Counted from the stretch's first letter, positions 14,401-45,632 are shown. The stretch is 64,000 nucleotides of DNA from Tubiluchus corallicola (GCA_030141605.1 JAQGDQ010000332.1:199143-263142), one strand, 5' to 3'. The notes: a model not told the origin generated them from the sequence alone. A program made the numbers and translations.

Positions 14401-15068
14401 TCAAGATCTTGGCTTGGAGATATTTCTTCTTCATCTTTCTTCTTTTCCTCTTTTTGTTTCTCCCTTTCTTTCTCTTTTTTTTCTTCCTCTATATCTTTTT
14501 CAAAACTATCGTCTGAAGTAGATCCAATGGCGTTTGAATATTTTGCGTTGAATGAGTAGCATCGACCTAGTTCCCTCATTGATAACCTGAAATCATTGCT
14601 ACAGTCTGCTCCAGCAAAACTGCATTTAAAAAATTTAGATGACTTTATGTCCACCATATACCGACTGTCAAAAAGGTCATGTATGCTAATATCCTTGAAG
14701 TCAAAGATTTTGTTGGTAAAATTGCGTGGAACCTTCGCAAAATTGTCCTTGTTCATCATGTTGATGAGTCGAATGAATTCGGCTGGATTTGGATGCGTCT
14801 GAATAAGTGATCGGTTAATAACGTTATGGCTGCACACGGAAACAGCAGGGAACTCTAATCCTTGCGAAACAGAGTCGAAACTGATTATCGTCTTAACAGG
14901 ATGATCCACCAAATAAAGAACTCTGTCAAAAGAAACGTAGATGAGGAAAAACCACGAGGCTAGAAGAGCGATGGTCCAAATAAAGCGAAGCCTGATGGGG
15001 AAATCCCGGCGTACGACATATCGCACTCCATGAAGTGTCGTCTCTTTTAAACAATCAGCAGAGTCCAT
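5410..15068 (-). CDS. DEG/ENaC family (ASIC/BASIC-like) amiloride-sensitive channel subunit, 7 coding exons, 529 aa
   Basis: Exons 15068-14175, 11670-11569, 10610-10454, 7839-7783, 7387-7225, 6180-6089, 5534-5410 sum to 1590 nt, all GT-AG and phase-compatible. Motifs: TTLHG, TM1, FPAVSVC, GRCYSFN, GLQIRL, ten thumb cysteines, and TM2 CNIGGLMGAFAGASVLTIME with the GAS filter. Confidence 0.95.
7419..7526. repeat. Minisatellite, 3 x 36 bp
   Basis: CATCTTGTAAGGTTTATAATCTGACACTGGGCTGAA three times head-to-tail, one mismatch, no spacers. Confidence 0.95.
8665..8809. mobile_element. Degenerate MITE (hAT-like termini)
   Basis: Starts CAGGGGTGTTCGAGGTTCG and ends CGACCTCGAACCATCC (imperfect inverted repeat), with internal TCGGG motifs. 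A related fragment lies at about 9495-9575. Confidence 0.45.
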
Positions 15069-16904
15069 TTTTGCGCCTTACAACACTAAACAGAATCAGA
15101 TGATCATCACTTGTTCGAAATTAATTATTCATGTATTAATTTATTTAACATTACTCCTTAAAAATGGTAGAATGTAAAAATTTTCACAGTGTGTTTCAGA
15201 AACCATCGTGGCCATGAATTCGCATGATCCGCAACACAACAACAATTACGGACTGCTCCATTTTCTACTGTCAACAATGTTGCAAGGAAAAAGTGACTGT
15301 AGTGACAATGATGTTATATCACACGCTTTCTGAACACAAACACATGCTAAGCAAAGCAGAAGTCGCTGAAAGCTCTCAACACAAATAACAGTTCTGTTAA
15401 CGGAAAATGTGCAAACATTTATAACAGTAAAAGCTATTAGCTAGAATAGACTGTCAATTTTGAGATATATCGCACTATATGTAGTTGTATTGTTCTACCA
15501 AATTGCGATTGCTTAATAGCGTTTGTATCCTGTAGCTAAACGAAAACGTCCTTAAGAACCGAAACATCATGGCAAGCCACAATACATTATTCTATGTATT
15601 AAAAAGTTCATGGTACGTCTATTGAAATACATTTGGATTTTATTAACTAACGCTTACCATCTCTCTGTCATATATGTTTCAAATAGCTAAAGGCTGACGA
15701 TTGGCTACACTATAAGGAAAGTGCACTCATTATTGAAATTGGTGGCTGAGTAGCACTGGTGGTGAATAGCATATTTAATTGATAATGGAATCCGGTGACA
15801 TGAGATGTGGAATTCGATTGATAACTTTATGATTTTCACATTAACCGTGCTGCCAGATTAATTACTAGATGAGTGAGTATAGCTAGAACTGTATCTGGGT
15901 AGTATCATACGCCCCAGCATTGCTTACACAACCAGACTTGGCTAAGGCGCCTATGCCGTTTCATTGTTTCGTCGTCGAAAGCGTTACCTTTGATGAGCAA
16001 GGATTCACCGCTGACAACTATCTACGCAGAACCAAACTGAATGAAAATAAAATCAACAAACTGATTTTTATTTGCTTGGTTGTCTGACATAGCTGTGTAG
16101 CTTATCAACTAGTACGTTAGTGATATTGGTGTCATTATTATCCCCATTACTGTCTCAAAGATCATCTTTTATTAATGATGATCATCATTATTTATTAATC
16201 ATCGTTGTGTTTATTTAAAAGCTACGCCAGAAAAAATGTTCTTATCGTTGCTTTTATTTTCTTTATCATTCGAATCATTATTGTGAAAATCGTGTACTAG
16301 CAATATTATGTTTGTGTTTTAATGTCACAATATTTTTATCACTTTCATCACTACATTTGCCATTTGAGTGTTTATTGACTGTCCGACGTTTTAACTGTCA
16401 ATGTCATCATTAAAACAAAACCCATTTTTTGAAATGATTGTAGGTGTACATTTTTTCATCATGTGCTAAACTAACATCGCCATTCTCGTCATCGTCACTG
16501 CAGTCTCTTTCTTCATTGTCTGTTTTCTCATCTAAAATTTGTGACCTTCATGTTTGTTGTGAATTACTATATACGTATATACTATATTCTATATACCTAT
16601 ATATATATAGGCCTATAAACATATACGTTTACTTATGTCATCTATTTTCAAAACTACAAAGTTCTTTTCATTATTTTATTTTCCACATTTTATATGGCAT
16701 TCATTAGTAAATTTTTCCTTTCACCATATTTTTGGCAGAACAGAACTGCAAACAGAAAACAGTTCATTTATGTAGCTTGCTTTTATTCATTACAATAAAT
16801 TGCACTTACACGAATGTGTGCGAATGTGAGCGCGTGCATGTGCTCAATTGCATGTGTCGTTTTGTGCGTACGTGTGACATGCGTGCGTGAATTTGTCTTG
16901 CGCT

Positions 16905-17520
16905 ATAAATAAATAAATAAAATAAATGCTGGGTTTTATTAAATAGTCACGCCTTCACAGTAACACTGAATATAAGGTGTGAATACAATAAAAATAGAAA
17001 AACAGTCAAAAGACACATAAGAAAATTGCTCACAAAATAAAAATTTGGAGAAGTGACATCACAAAGTCAGTAAAACAATTTAAAACCAATTTTGACAATA
17101 AATCTTTTACTGAAATTTTCCTTAATTCGCTGTCCTTAATTTTTTACTTAGGTGCGCAATTACTGTGGACTCAAACTGTTGAAGCTTCACAATTTATCGA
17201 CGTTTATGTTTGCTCAGTCTCGAAGTCGTGGTCACGCGCGAAGTCGATGTGTTATGTGCTGAAACCTTAACTACAATTTCCCATTGCTTTATCTTGAAAA
17301 ACTCGCGATACATTTGGTGTAAACTCGCGATATACAAATAGGTGGTATGCTTTAATTTTGTTCTGCTAAGTCTCGAGATGCAGTTTTTGTAGTTTCTTAT
17401 CACCAAATAAATTAGGATGAAGTTACCTCTTTGAATGTAATGTTATTAAACCGTAGGTATTTGTGTGAAGAGCTTCAAAGGCTTGAACACGTGACTGCCT
17501 TGACCACTCACATTTTGATG
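16905..17520 (-). mobile_element. Decayed LINE 3' end (CR1/L2-like)
   Basis: Minus-strand remnant DKKLQKLHLET* resembles the CR1 C-terminal Y..RL..L.L.SL motif, followed by an AT-rich tail ending in (ATTT)n. Confidence 0.35.
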
Positions 17521-18253
17521 TTATGTGCTTAATGCCTTTTGGTACCCTGGTGTAACTGCGCACTGCGCAATACAAAATTACAGCATTTCGTGTATAAGTG
17601 AAACAAGAGTGACTAAAAATTGTCTTAAATCAAAGCCATGTACGCAACTGAATATCAATAAAAATTTTGCAAATAATATCATTCTGTTTGTGTCCAGTGT
17701 TAAATTGTGCAGCATTACTTTCTGCAGAAAGAAAGCAACGAAAGAAAAAGAGAACTGGAATATTGCTAGTGCATTTTACTCAGCTTTGATGGATATCGGC
17801 ATTTGGCAAAAATGCACGTTCCCTGTATGCACTCGTCCTGAAGAAAAATAGGTAAAGCTTAAATCTAAGTTTAATGAGGTTTCTTAAGAGATCCCTTGGG
17901 TTGATCAGCGGACAAGTTGTTTTTTTATTTAATAAGAGAAAGTTCATTTGGAGTTAGAAGATTAATTTGATGAGGATGAGAGAAGACCCAGACATGGAGC
18001 GACAAGTCAATATGAGTAAATTGAATGAAGAGTAAACATAATTTTACGAGCGTGAAGATATTGTAGAAGATGCGTTGATCAAAGCAAATGTCAATGTAAG
18101 CTCTAAGTGGCTCTAAGAACTACGGCGCTCGCAATTAGAAAAAATAAAAAAGTCGACACAATAATATTTGTGCTTACACACAATTTAATACAGATTCTTT
18201 TGTTTAAGTGTGCTTACTGTGCCTACGTTTGTTTACAGTATGCCAGTGAAATC

Positions 18254-23717
<5,464 letters not shown>

Positions 23718-24645
23718 TATAACTTGAGCGAAAATGGGACTAGCCTGTCCTAAAGACCGTAATGCAATACAGAGGTACTCTCTCATGCTACTTATTATAC
23801 ACGAGTAACAAGGTCTAGACATCACCGACCAGTGTTTACTCTTTACCTGTTTGGCGGCTAAGCACGTAATTGCACTTGAGGAACCTTTAAATATACACAA
23901 ATGAAAATTAGACTAGTTTTGCCGTGCCAAACGCGATCCTATAAAGATTTACCCTGCGACCACTGTTCCGCAAGTTATAGAATATAAATTTTCAATAAGG
24001 CATTTCAAATTGTATTGTTTCTTGTACGTTGGTGATATTGAATTACTTACAAGAATATATTTTCAATAACGCCCTCCAAATTATATTGTTATTGTACGTT
24101 GATGACATTAAATTGCTTCCAGCAATAGAAATGTCCATTCAGTAATATCTCAGGCAAGCAACATTAATAATAATTATTGATGTAACTTTGTAGTAGTAAT
24201 AGTTGTTGTCGTTATCACTACTGTTATCAGTGAATTAGGTACCTGCAAAAAATGCCACAGTAAACACTAACCCACAGTTTATTACAAAATAACCTCAATA
24301 TGTACTAGACACCAGACACTAGCCTGCAGCGACGGACACTAACACACTAAAATATGCGTTACCTGTTTTACGTTCAGGTCATGGTCCGTTTTAATGGCCT
24401 TTTTCAATGCTGTCTCTTTGGCCACTATCTTTGCTTACCCTGGGATTCCAACACAATCTCACCTCTGATAAGTGGAGTAATAGTAGACTAACATGCAATC
24501 TGACTGATGGAAAGTCTTTAATGAAAATTTTTCTTTTTTCCGCAGACTAAAATCACAAGTTTTACCCGCAGTAACAAAAATGTCCCATACTGGCTATGTG
24601 CTCCATAGTGTAATCATTATAATAACCAATGCGAACTCAGCAACA

Positions 24646-24783
24646 AGGCTGGTACGGTATGGTATGGTACGAAAAAAATGCTTAAAAGTACAGTACGAAA
24701 TTACGGTACGGCATTTTTTCAACAGTATCGTACGGTACGAAATTACGGTATTTTTTCGTACCTTTTCCGTACCATTTATCCCT
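24646..24783. mobile_element. Short palindromic MITE-like element
   Basis: GGTACGG..GGTACGAAAAAAAT on the left and ATTTTTTCGTACC..CCGTACC on the right, with internal GTACG repeats. Confidence 0.55.
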
Positions 24784-25879
24784 AGTTTCTTGTAACGTTT
24801 CTATTGGTCAGAAATTCGGTGTGACGACTTATTTTGCTCATGTGTCGCACTTACTGTTCTCCCCTAATTAACACAGAGCACAAGCAAACAAAATTGTTAA
24901 ATTGGTTCCTTTTGATTGCAAACTGCAAAACCACGAGTTGTTTGGAAGCTGGAGTAGTCATTTCCTGTAAATTACGTTTATACAGATTGCTTCCCATGCT
25001 TGAGACCAATTCATGTAACGCCGTTGTTTTAACTTCTATTTCTAGCTATTGTGTAGTAATTTACTGCGCATCTCAAGCTATGCAGTCCAAGCAAGAATAT
25101 TTCAAAATGCTTGTCGTTAATGAGGAATGCTTAGAATGCTTATATACACTGCTTTTGTATATAATAGCATAGCCTGTATTGTGTAACTTTTGTAATCTAA
25201 AATACATAGAATGGAAGTTCAAACAGCAGTTCTGTTTTTCAAAACCCATGATTTCTGAGCGACAACACAGTTTCACTAGCAAAGCCTTTATTTCTTTGAA
25301 GCAAAAGTAGGCTTTTGCATAGAAAATTGGGTATATCTAATTATTGGACATTTGGTTCCCCATATGCGACAGTAGCTGAAAATCGCCATAAACAGATTTG
25401 ACTACGTACTACATGCAATGACGTTGCCTGCAGTAGCTGATGTCCAACATGCAGTTATATTATACTTAAATAAGCGTGGAGTCCTTAAAAAAATCTGCTT
25501 ACCTCTTCTGCCTAGTTGTTTTCCCAAATTGTTATTGCTTTAGACTTGTGGTGTAAGTCACCTTTATGGGTGGCTCACTATTGGCCATTCATAGTCTTGG
25601 CCAATATATATGTATATTATTGTCTTGGCTTATTCATATATATATATATATATATATAGCTATTTACATATATTTAGCGACAATTTGCAAAGCCAGCTAC
25701 GATTAATTTTCCAAATCACAAACAAGTCAAGACGATCAAGACGATAACTTGAAGAGTAGTTTTAGCTTCTTCGGGTAATAATCTCAACAAACTACGAGTC
25801 AGTATATTCAAAAATACGAGACTTTAATGTACATCGAACATTTAAAACGTATTCCTGTTATTTTATGATTCACAATGCA

Positions 25880-26300
25880 GGTTTTTGAAGACAACAGACT
25901 TTCTCTTGAAATCAAGTCTAAAAATCATCTCTTGAATCTGTATTTTTATACATTGCTAAGCTTATAGAGTGTAAACGATAAAAGTTAAACAAAATTTATA
26001 AACATTAAGGAAATTGATGCTTTCCAAAGACGTCTCTACAGAAAACTATTGAATATCAAATTATGAATTGTATGATGTGGTGAAGCAAGAACCATGGATT
26101 AAATAAATGCACGTAAGAAACCTGCACTGGATTGAGATTACTTCAAGAAGCACTATGTAAAAGCTCTTAAACAGAAAAAGTTGACAAGAGTTTTAACTCT
26201 TGCAGTACGGCAAAAATATTTACAAAATGCAACATGCAGTCGTGAAACGAGACATGTTTTAGTACTTTGCACTGCGCGAAAACGACGACGAATTCAGTTT
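25880..26300 (+). mobile_element. Decayed RTE-like LINE, post-RT region
   Basis: Frameshifted peptides VFEDNRLSLEIKS, LESVFLY and KEIDAFQRRLYRKLLNIK are typical of RTE-clade ORF C-termini. Confidence 0.65.
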
Positions 26301-27430
26301 CAACTAAAAGAACAATTAACAAATAAAGAAAGATATTGTATTTAGTTGGTTTGGAAGCTAAAATAATAAAATTTATTAATTGAAACATAGTTAGGGTCTG
26401 CCCACGAGTTTATTTCCACAGTGACACTGTCACGTCAAGATATATTGCCAAATTCTACAAAATTCATTTTACAAGCAAACTTACTGTTATTAACGCATTC
26501 ACATTGTTACTGATTATAGACTAACTGCATAAGACTTATAAATATTAAACAACACTTAGGAATATAGATAACCTCAGGTAAACTCAAGTATATAGCTAAA
26601 CTACACAAAAACCATTAAATATCAAAGAATGTTCAGTTGATTAATAAGATAGTTTCTGCCAAGTTCATAGTCCTGCTATTTTTATTTAACTGGATAACTA
26701 TATATAAATAAAGATTAATATATTAGATCTCGTTCCGTTCGCAACTGCAAGGGTTTCGTCACACACCACCTCACTCACTGACAACTTTTACACTTTTCCA
26801 ATAAAATGCGGCAAATGTAAATTGTAAATGACTCCCAAGCAGGTTTCAGATAAAAATTTATTATAATCTGAAATTTATTATAAAGTAGTATATTTATTTA
26901 TACTACTTTCTAATCGATTTTAAAACTTTTTTACAAGCATATTTTGTTTTTTCGCCAAGACATATTTACTTATGGAGAAGACTATACAACCTGACACGTT
27001 TCTGCAAGAGAGCAATAATAACCGAATCACATAGCTTTTAATATTTCAATATTCAATATAACCAAATACACAAAAGCAAGACTGCGGTAATTCGGCTAGA
27101 AGCCACTATGTTTCGAAAATTTGAAATACAAGGTGTTACACTACACACGCATGGTTTAATTTGAGAAAATACAAAACAGTGAAATATTTTAACGGTGGCG
27201 TCGCCTCGCGGAAACAAAATGTACTGCAAAACAAAAACGCTTGATGCATTTTATTTCTTTTATTTGTGTATGAGACGTGTAATTTTTTGCATTTTGTTTA
27301 GTACAAAAGATTGCCTCAAATTTTAAATTCTTATAGAACCGCGTGTAATCTAGAATAAGCGTGCATAATATGGTTTCACATGTGCTCCAGCCGCCAGGTT
27401 ACAATAATGGTAATAGGTAATTTTCCATCT

Positions 27431-28210
27431 TCACGGATCAGCTTGGCCAAAAATATCTGCATACTTAGGAGGCAGGTCTTTGTTATCCCCATCGACCTTT
27501 GTGTTTGGTGTCAATGTGTCATTTGTAAAATTTGACCAATATTCATTTGCTGCAGGCTGGAATTCTTCATTTGTCCATCCATACTGAAGTTCACTGGGGG
27601 TAGCGAAAGCAGGTGGTGGGTAAGCTACCACTTGCAAAGAGGTCTGCTGCCTGTGTCCATACATTGTCCCAGACGAGATGGAATCCGCAGTGATGAAGAT
27701 GGTTGGACTGACAAGTCTTTTCACTGCATTGGTACTAGATGTACTAATGAAACTTCCAAAAATTGACAAAAGTGACCCGAGGGTAGTAAACGATAACGAA
27801 GCGAGTGATACAGCTCTAGCTGCGACTGAATACCATTCGATGTTTCCTGCGAGAATGGACAAAAAGATGATCTGATAAAGTCCGAACGTCAGTATGGCAA
27901 CAGCGAAGACCCCAGAGATAGTTGACCAACATGCAATTTGACTTGGTGGCATTGATGGGAACCTTTCAACGCAAATTATGCATTTTTTGCCGGCGGCCAA
28001 AATACAAATTCCGCCCACAATAACAAAAGTATCCCATATTGCCCATGTACTCATTAGTATGATCAACATAATAACCAGTGCCAGTTCAGCAAATGCTATC
28101 ATACAGCCACCCAACAAAAGCAAAAATCCACCTTTTTTCAAGTCATTTAATTTTCGCGTAAGTTCATTACTTGGTTGAGTAACTGTGGTCACTTCACTGT
28201 TCTGGTACAT
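27431..28210 (-). CDS. Four-transmembrane MS4A/CD20-like protein, 259 aa, intronless CDS
   Basis: Long clean ORF with four hydrophobic segments, a TM2 W...GG..I.AG pattern and a Pro/Tyr cytoplasmic tail (YPPPAF, LPPKY). A 5' UTR acceptor lies near 28234 and a candidate upstream donor near 28829. The family assignment rests on architecture only. Confidence 0.75.
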   Translation of the reverse strand: MYQNSEVTTVTQPSNELTRKLNDLKKGGFLLLLGGCMIAFAELALVIMLIILMSTWAIWDTFVIVGGICILAAGKKCIICVERFPSMPPSQIACWSTISGVFAVAILTFGLYQIIFLSILAGNIEWYSVAARAVSLASLSFTTLGSLLSIFGSFISTSSTNAVKRLVSPTIFITADSISSGTMYGHRQQTSLQVVAYPPPAFATPSELQYGWTNEEFQPAANEYWSNFTNDTLTPNTKVDGDNKDLPPKYADIFGQADP

Positions 28211-29686
28211 GTTCAGCCTTCAAACAATGATTCCTGAAAAAATAGGCAAAGATATTTTTCAGGCGAGACTAAATGTTTTATCGTTGAAATACAATACAGT
28301 CATTACATAATATTGGCATCATTATCGTGTGTTCTGAATCGTTTCGGTGATTGTAACGCTGGTTAATCATGCTTATACATGTATGTCAAAATAAGTTAAA
28401 TAACTACCAGGTTAGACAATACTTGCTGGCTTTTACTCATTCCCCCAAAAAGTCACTAACGAAAGTTTAACACCACTAATTCCCCACACCGTCAGTGACA
28501 TCTTTAGTTGTTCTTGAATGGCCTAGGCGTACTCAGTCAGTAGGTATGATCGGGTCATGTTTGTACATTAAGATTCCTCATGACATCACATCCGATGTCA
28601 CTATCCAATGTCACGTCATCATCTCTTTGCTATGACGTCATCAACACCATATTTCTGAATCCCAATTTACTGAGAAAAGCAGTTTTCTTACAGTAACTAA
28701 GATTATTTATTCATATATAAATCACATTTTAGTCGCTATTTATTAACGAGATTTTTCAGTCAACAAAGTGTCAACAACAAACAGGATAATTACCGTAAAG
28801 ATACCGCACGTACATGGGTTAAATTTTACCTGATTTTGATGAAGTTGTCAGATGTTACGTCACCGGAAGTTAAAATACGCAATCAGGATCAACCATGCCA
28901 ACATGCCTACTGCCATCAAAAACAATTAGGAATTGGTAGCAGTCTCTACCGACAGTCTGAGGAATTAACGGCCTTATCATTTTCTTAATAACTGTACGAT
29001 ACCATGACATATTAAAAATATGTCATTTTGTTAAGTTGTGGTAGATCAATTTTGTTCAAGTAACAGCATGCCAAACTGAATTAAAACAGTTTCTAGGAGT
29101 AGCACTACAAGTGTTGTAATGGTTTTGCATTTAATTCTCGAATGTTTTCTTTGTAACGTTGTGAATCTGGATTCCGTTCAATTCAAAATTTTGTTTGTTT
29201 CTCTTAATAAGATGACAGAAGGTATGAAATTATAGTTTGCTAAATTATATTAACGATCTAGAGACGGGGTGTCGAAAGAGCAGTGGTCATCGAGAAGCTA
29301 CCTCTGAATGTTTAATTTTGTGTAGTAATAGCTGTTCTTACATTAATGTAGGCATTATCTATGATAAGAAAATAGGTACTCTCAGTATTGCACAATTAAC
29401 TTGTTTACGTTCTCTGATGCTGCTCAGTCACAAGTTAGTAATTAGCAAATAATCGAGCCTAAACAAAAGATATTTACTAGTTGCTGGCAAAAGGGTCACA
29501 TTAGCAGCTCTATGGGCATGCTTTGGGTGTTATATATACGCAATGTTCTCAGATCTGCGCCATAGTTCAGCTACACTTTGAACTGACTTATTATTAAGAT
29601 TGGTGTCTTGGGCTTGATATGGTAGTATATATAAGAAGAACTGATACGATCCGGATGGGTGATGATATGGTGATAAAGCAACAGAA

Positions 29687-30030
29687 GTAACCATCTGGGT
29701 TGTTAGTGAAACTCTTGGAACGCAGCCATCTTGTGATGTTGTTGATAGAACATTATGCCTAGTACGGGTTTCCGTGGCCCATACACTACCACTCTCATAT
29801 ATATATATATATAAACAGCATAAATTAAAATCAACTACCAAATTAATACTTACGTTTACGTAACCATCTGGGTTATTAGTGAAACTCCTGGAACGCAGCC
29901 ATCTTGTGATGTTGTTGATAGAACATTATGCCTAGTAATGGTTTCCGTAGCCCATACACTACAACACTCACACATATATATATAAACAGCATAAATTGAA
30001 ATCAACTACCAAATTAATACTTACGTTTAC
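29687..30030. repeat. Local tandem duplication, 2 x about 173 bp
   Basis: GTAACCATCTGGGTT...TACTTACGTTTAC starts at 29687 and again at 29860 with few mismatches. Confidence 0.95.
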
Positions 30031-31039
30031 GTAAGGCAAAATCGCAGATTTATGCTAAACGGATTTATATATGAAAACCGACTCTTGTTATCGTCCTATT
30101 TTAGTTGCTCATTTTATCAAGTAACACTAAAGCGATTCATCGATTTATGGCAAAAACCTTTGGACCAGTGATATTTATATAGCTTTTGACATATTATTAC
30201 AGCGATAGTAAGTAAACATTATCTAACTACGTGTACATTACGTAGTTCAGTCATTCAGTCACGGCTTTTATTATAGGACAACAACGTAGATTTTTCATTA
30301 AAATGTACAATAATCCTGAGAAACACAGCATCCTTACAGATACGATAGAAAAGTGTCGTACCACGGCAGATCATTTGTACAACGGCAGAAACTCCCACGG
30401 CAGATCATTTGTACATTGTCAGGATGAAGGCAACGGATCCTGTAAATATCAGACATAAGAGACAAGAAACAAAGATGTTTGAATTCAATGCTAGCAGAAT
30501 ATCTATCTTTAAAGTCGTTAATCCTTTGATCTGTCACCCACTGTGTATGTCCTATAACCGCTCATCTTAGACAGCTACCAAAATATTCTGATATAGACAC
30601 GTCATCACTGACATCAATATTTGCACATAATTATACTTTGAAACAAGTGGAATATGTTCATAAATGTTTGTTATTATTTCCCCGAAGGCCTTTGTACAGT
30701 TAGACATAAGAAAACATCGGTTTTTGTTATCTTCTAAATTTCAATAACGTGAAATTATAATACTGATAATACTTAGCACATTTTTTTCATCATAATAATT
30801 AAAGTAAAAGCGATGCTGAAAATGTTTCATTATGTTACATATTAAATGAAGTACTATAATAGTATATCATCAGAACCTTATTTAGACTTTGGAGAAGATC
30901 ATTGATCTTTTTAGTCCTTTCACGTCTTTTACGACTTTCTCCACTTGTACCTCTGTTTACACTACATGTGGATTGGTGTACTGTTTACTTTTTGTCATTA
31001 AAAACGCGAAGTCAGTACTCCTGTATCCGACGAACGTCT

Positions 31040-31250
31040 TCTGATATCACATACGGGAAGTAGTAATGAAATCCACTACCCGTTGTGATTTTTATGGCTG
31101 AACGTCTGTTTACGTTGCATCAAAAAGTCCACGATGGGTAGAGTATTTACTGCCTAGTGTAAATGGGGTAGCAAAGTTACATTTTCACGTTGGTTTGCAA
31201 AACTCCAGCGCTTCGGAATACCGTCCTATTTCGTTACTAAGAAAAAAATC
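31040..31250 (+). mobile_element. LINE reverse-transcriptase remnant
   Basis: SEYRPISLL (canonical YRPISLL motif) at about 31213-31239; the surrounding frame is broken. Confidence 0.55.
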
Positions 31251-32519
31251 TGCAAAGACAAATAAGTAGCAATCAAGCACTAATGAAATGTTCAGTATTT
31301 TTACTTCATGGTTGTTCTGCAAACGTGTTCTAATTTTGATCATTTATGATTCATTTAATTTTTATTATTTCAGAGCCCTAATATGGATTAACTTTATATA
31401 TGGGTAATATCATGCTGATGTTTCTTCAACGATAGTAATTTCGCATGATGTAACTTAAGGTATACACATTACACCTATAAAAACAACTATCTTAACAAAA
31501 CAGCATTGTGGTGCAGCTTCTGACCTAACCCGAAAATAGTGTTAACCTTCGCAATGGCGCCATCTAGACATTAAAGCAAAAGCCAAATCTCTTGGGAAGT
31601 TGAGCTTATTTTAATATTTGGGGAAAGTGTTAAAAAGTTTCAACAATAAAATTGTGACAAGCATTTCGTGTAATTAGCAAAATCAATTTAAAATCATAAT
31701 CACTTCACGCTTGGGCGCGCTCATTTTAGACGAAAACTGGCGTCACCCGGTTTCCGTGCAATGTAATCACTTATCTCCCAAGTGCTTCAGAATCTTTTTT
31801 TAACTTTCAGATAACTAACTGTATAAACTAAGTAACCAATCCGGCACCAACTACGTGCTGACAATTTTACATGCGTACCTCTAACACTCAACAAAAATCT
31901 GTAATCCTTAAAGGTTAATCCTGTAAGGTTAAAGCAATGTAACCACTTTAAATTTGATCATAATTGATCGAATGACTAATGATAAACACATTTAAACACA
32001 ACATTAGAATAACGGAACTTCTAAGCAAACTGTAGAAATTTTGCAACGAGTACCTTCACAGAACTTACCTTCACGGCATTCACGCTGACCAGCATACACT
32101 AGCTTACGTCATTTTTTTTTTAAATATGCCGGCATCAACGTTCGTTTGGTGGGAGATAAGAAATATATTTAAATTTCTTTAACATTTTTAAGCAAAGCAT
32201 ATTATGCGCATATTTTGTATTGTGATTTCAATATTTTTAATTGTACATTAAAATACAATAAATGTTGTGCGAGGGTTGGTTCTTCCTTTAAAGCTAAAAT
32301 TTCATTGGTAAAAAGTCATGGAAGCTGAAAGACTAAAGGGCTAACTTCCCTACTTTATTATCTGCGCAAAGAGCACAGTAATATCACCCCATGAGTACTG
32401 ATTGCGCAGAGGAGGAGTACTGAAGCCTTAATATCAATCGTAATTCTCTAAAGTGAGATGCTAGGCTAGGCTGGCAAAATCTTTCCCACATTCGGGTGTA
32501 TACACATTTTTAATACAGT

Positions 32520-32808
32520 TAGGCACACTGCAAGGTGGAATCCAGCTGTCAAGTAGATGTTTGTGGTGAGACCTGGTTTATTATCAAGACTATACCTGTA
32601 AGATGAGCACTGAACCTGCAGAGGTGCCTTATTCACATCCAGATGGCGCTCATCCGCTTTCAACGAGGTAGGCATTTAGAACCAGTATAGCGAACGAAAG
32701 TTCTCAGAAAGACAATTGAACCTAGGCTTATCATGAGTCAGTCACTAACCAGATTCGACGTGGCTTAACTTAGGTTGCGAAGCACACGCGCATAACTACG
32801 CAGCCGCC
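32520..32808 (-). mobile_element. tRNA-derived SINE-like element
   Basis: Minus-strand head GGCGGCTGCGTAGTTA (A-box-like) and GTCGAATC (B-box-like) about 40 nt apart, followed by a non-tRNA body. The 3' boundary is approximate. Confidence 0.5.
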
Positions 32809-33299
32809 TCATAATCCTTCCACAAGAAGATAAATGACCGGTGATAGTTTGATAGTAAATGAGAAAAGCGACATTTCTGACAGTCATTTACGGATTACGT
32901 CCATCAGGTATCGAAATAAACTTCATGAAATGGAAAATTTAAAAAAAAATATTAATTTTTTTCTAACTTCTACAGAAAAAAATAACATTGAAATAAGTGC
33001 ATGTGTAAGTTTTTCTAATTTATGCGTATATATGCGTATATAAGTATGCATATATGCATACTTTCATTTGGAAACTGCTGACCGACCAGGCAAAAATTTT
33101 GACATTTGCTGTGTAAATTAAGCCTCGTCATCGCTGAAACCAAATGCCACAATGAAAATAAAAGAACGCTTTAAAAGCGAAAGCAAAATGTTATAGGGCT
33201 AGAGTGTATGCTTCACGTATTATACGCACTGATCGTTATCGAAAATTCTCACTTCGTACTATATATTGTTAACTATAGTGAAAGTCGCTGTAACTAAAG

Positions 33300-45164
<11,865 letters not shown>

Positions 45165-45632
45165 ATACGCAAAATTTGTTACTTGAAGACGATACAATGC
45201 ATAACGACATTTATTCGGAGCTTGAGACATAATACACACTTTGTCATAATTCGGTTAATGTGCAAACTATAAATTTTAGTAAATGTAGTTCTCATTAGTG
45301 CGTTTAGTTAAAGGAAATAAAATCTATAAGTGATCGAAATAAATGTGAACTAAATGTTTGGTATCGTTTATAAAAACCCTATACTTATCTTCAATAACAA
45401 AAGGAGCTGTGTGAAGTAGAGCGAGCAGATCTTTTTTTAATTTACCTTGGATTGAAAAGACAACAAATAGAAACTAAAAGCCTAATATACTGCATGATGC
45501 ATATTATACCCAGACTTAGATAATAAAACATGTGAAACAAGTAAACCTGCTGCAAATTTAAATGTTTTACATTTTGCTTAACATGAACTTCAAAAAATTG
45601 ACTCGCAGTGTCGTTTTAAAAAATATAATACA

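Noticed and set aside
14330-14802. Plus-strand ORFs overlapping the channel exon (and 27678-28178 opposite the tetraspan gene)
   Set aside because: Antisense shadows of real coding sequence.
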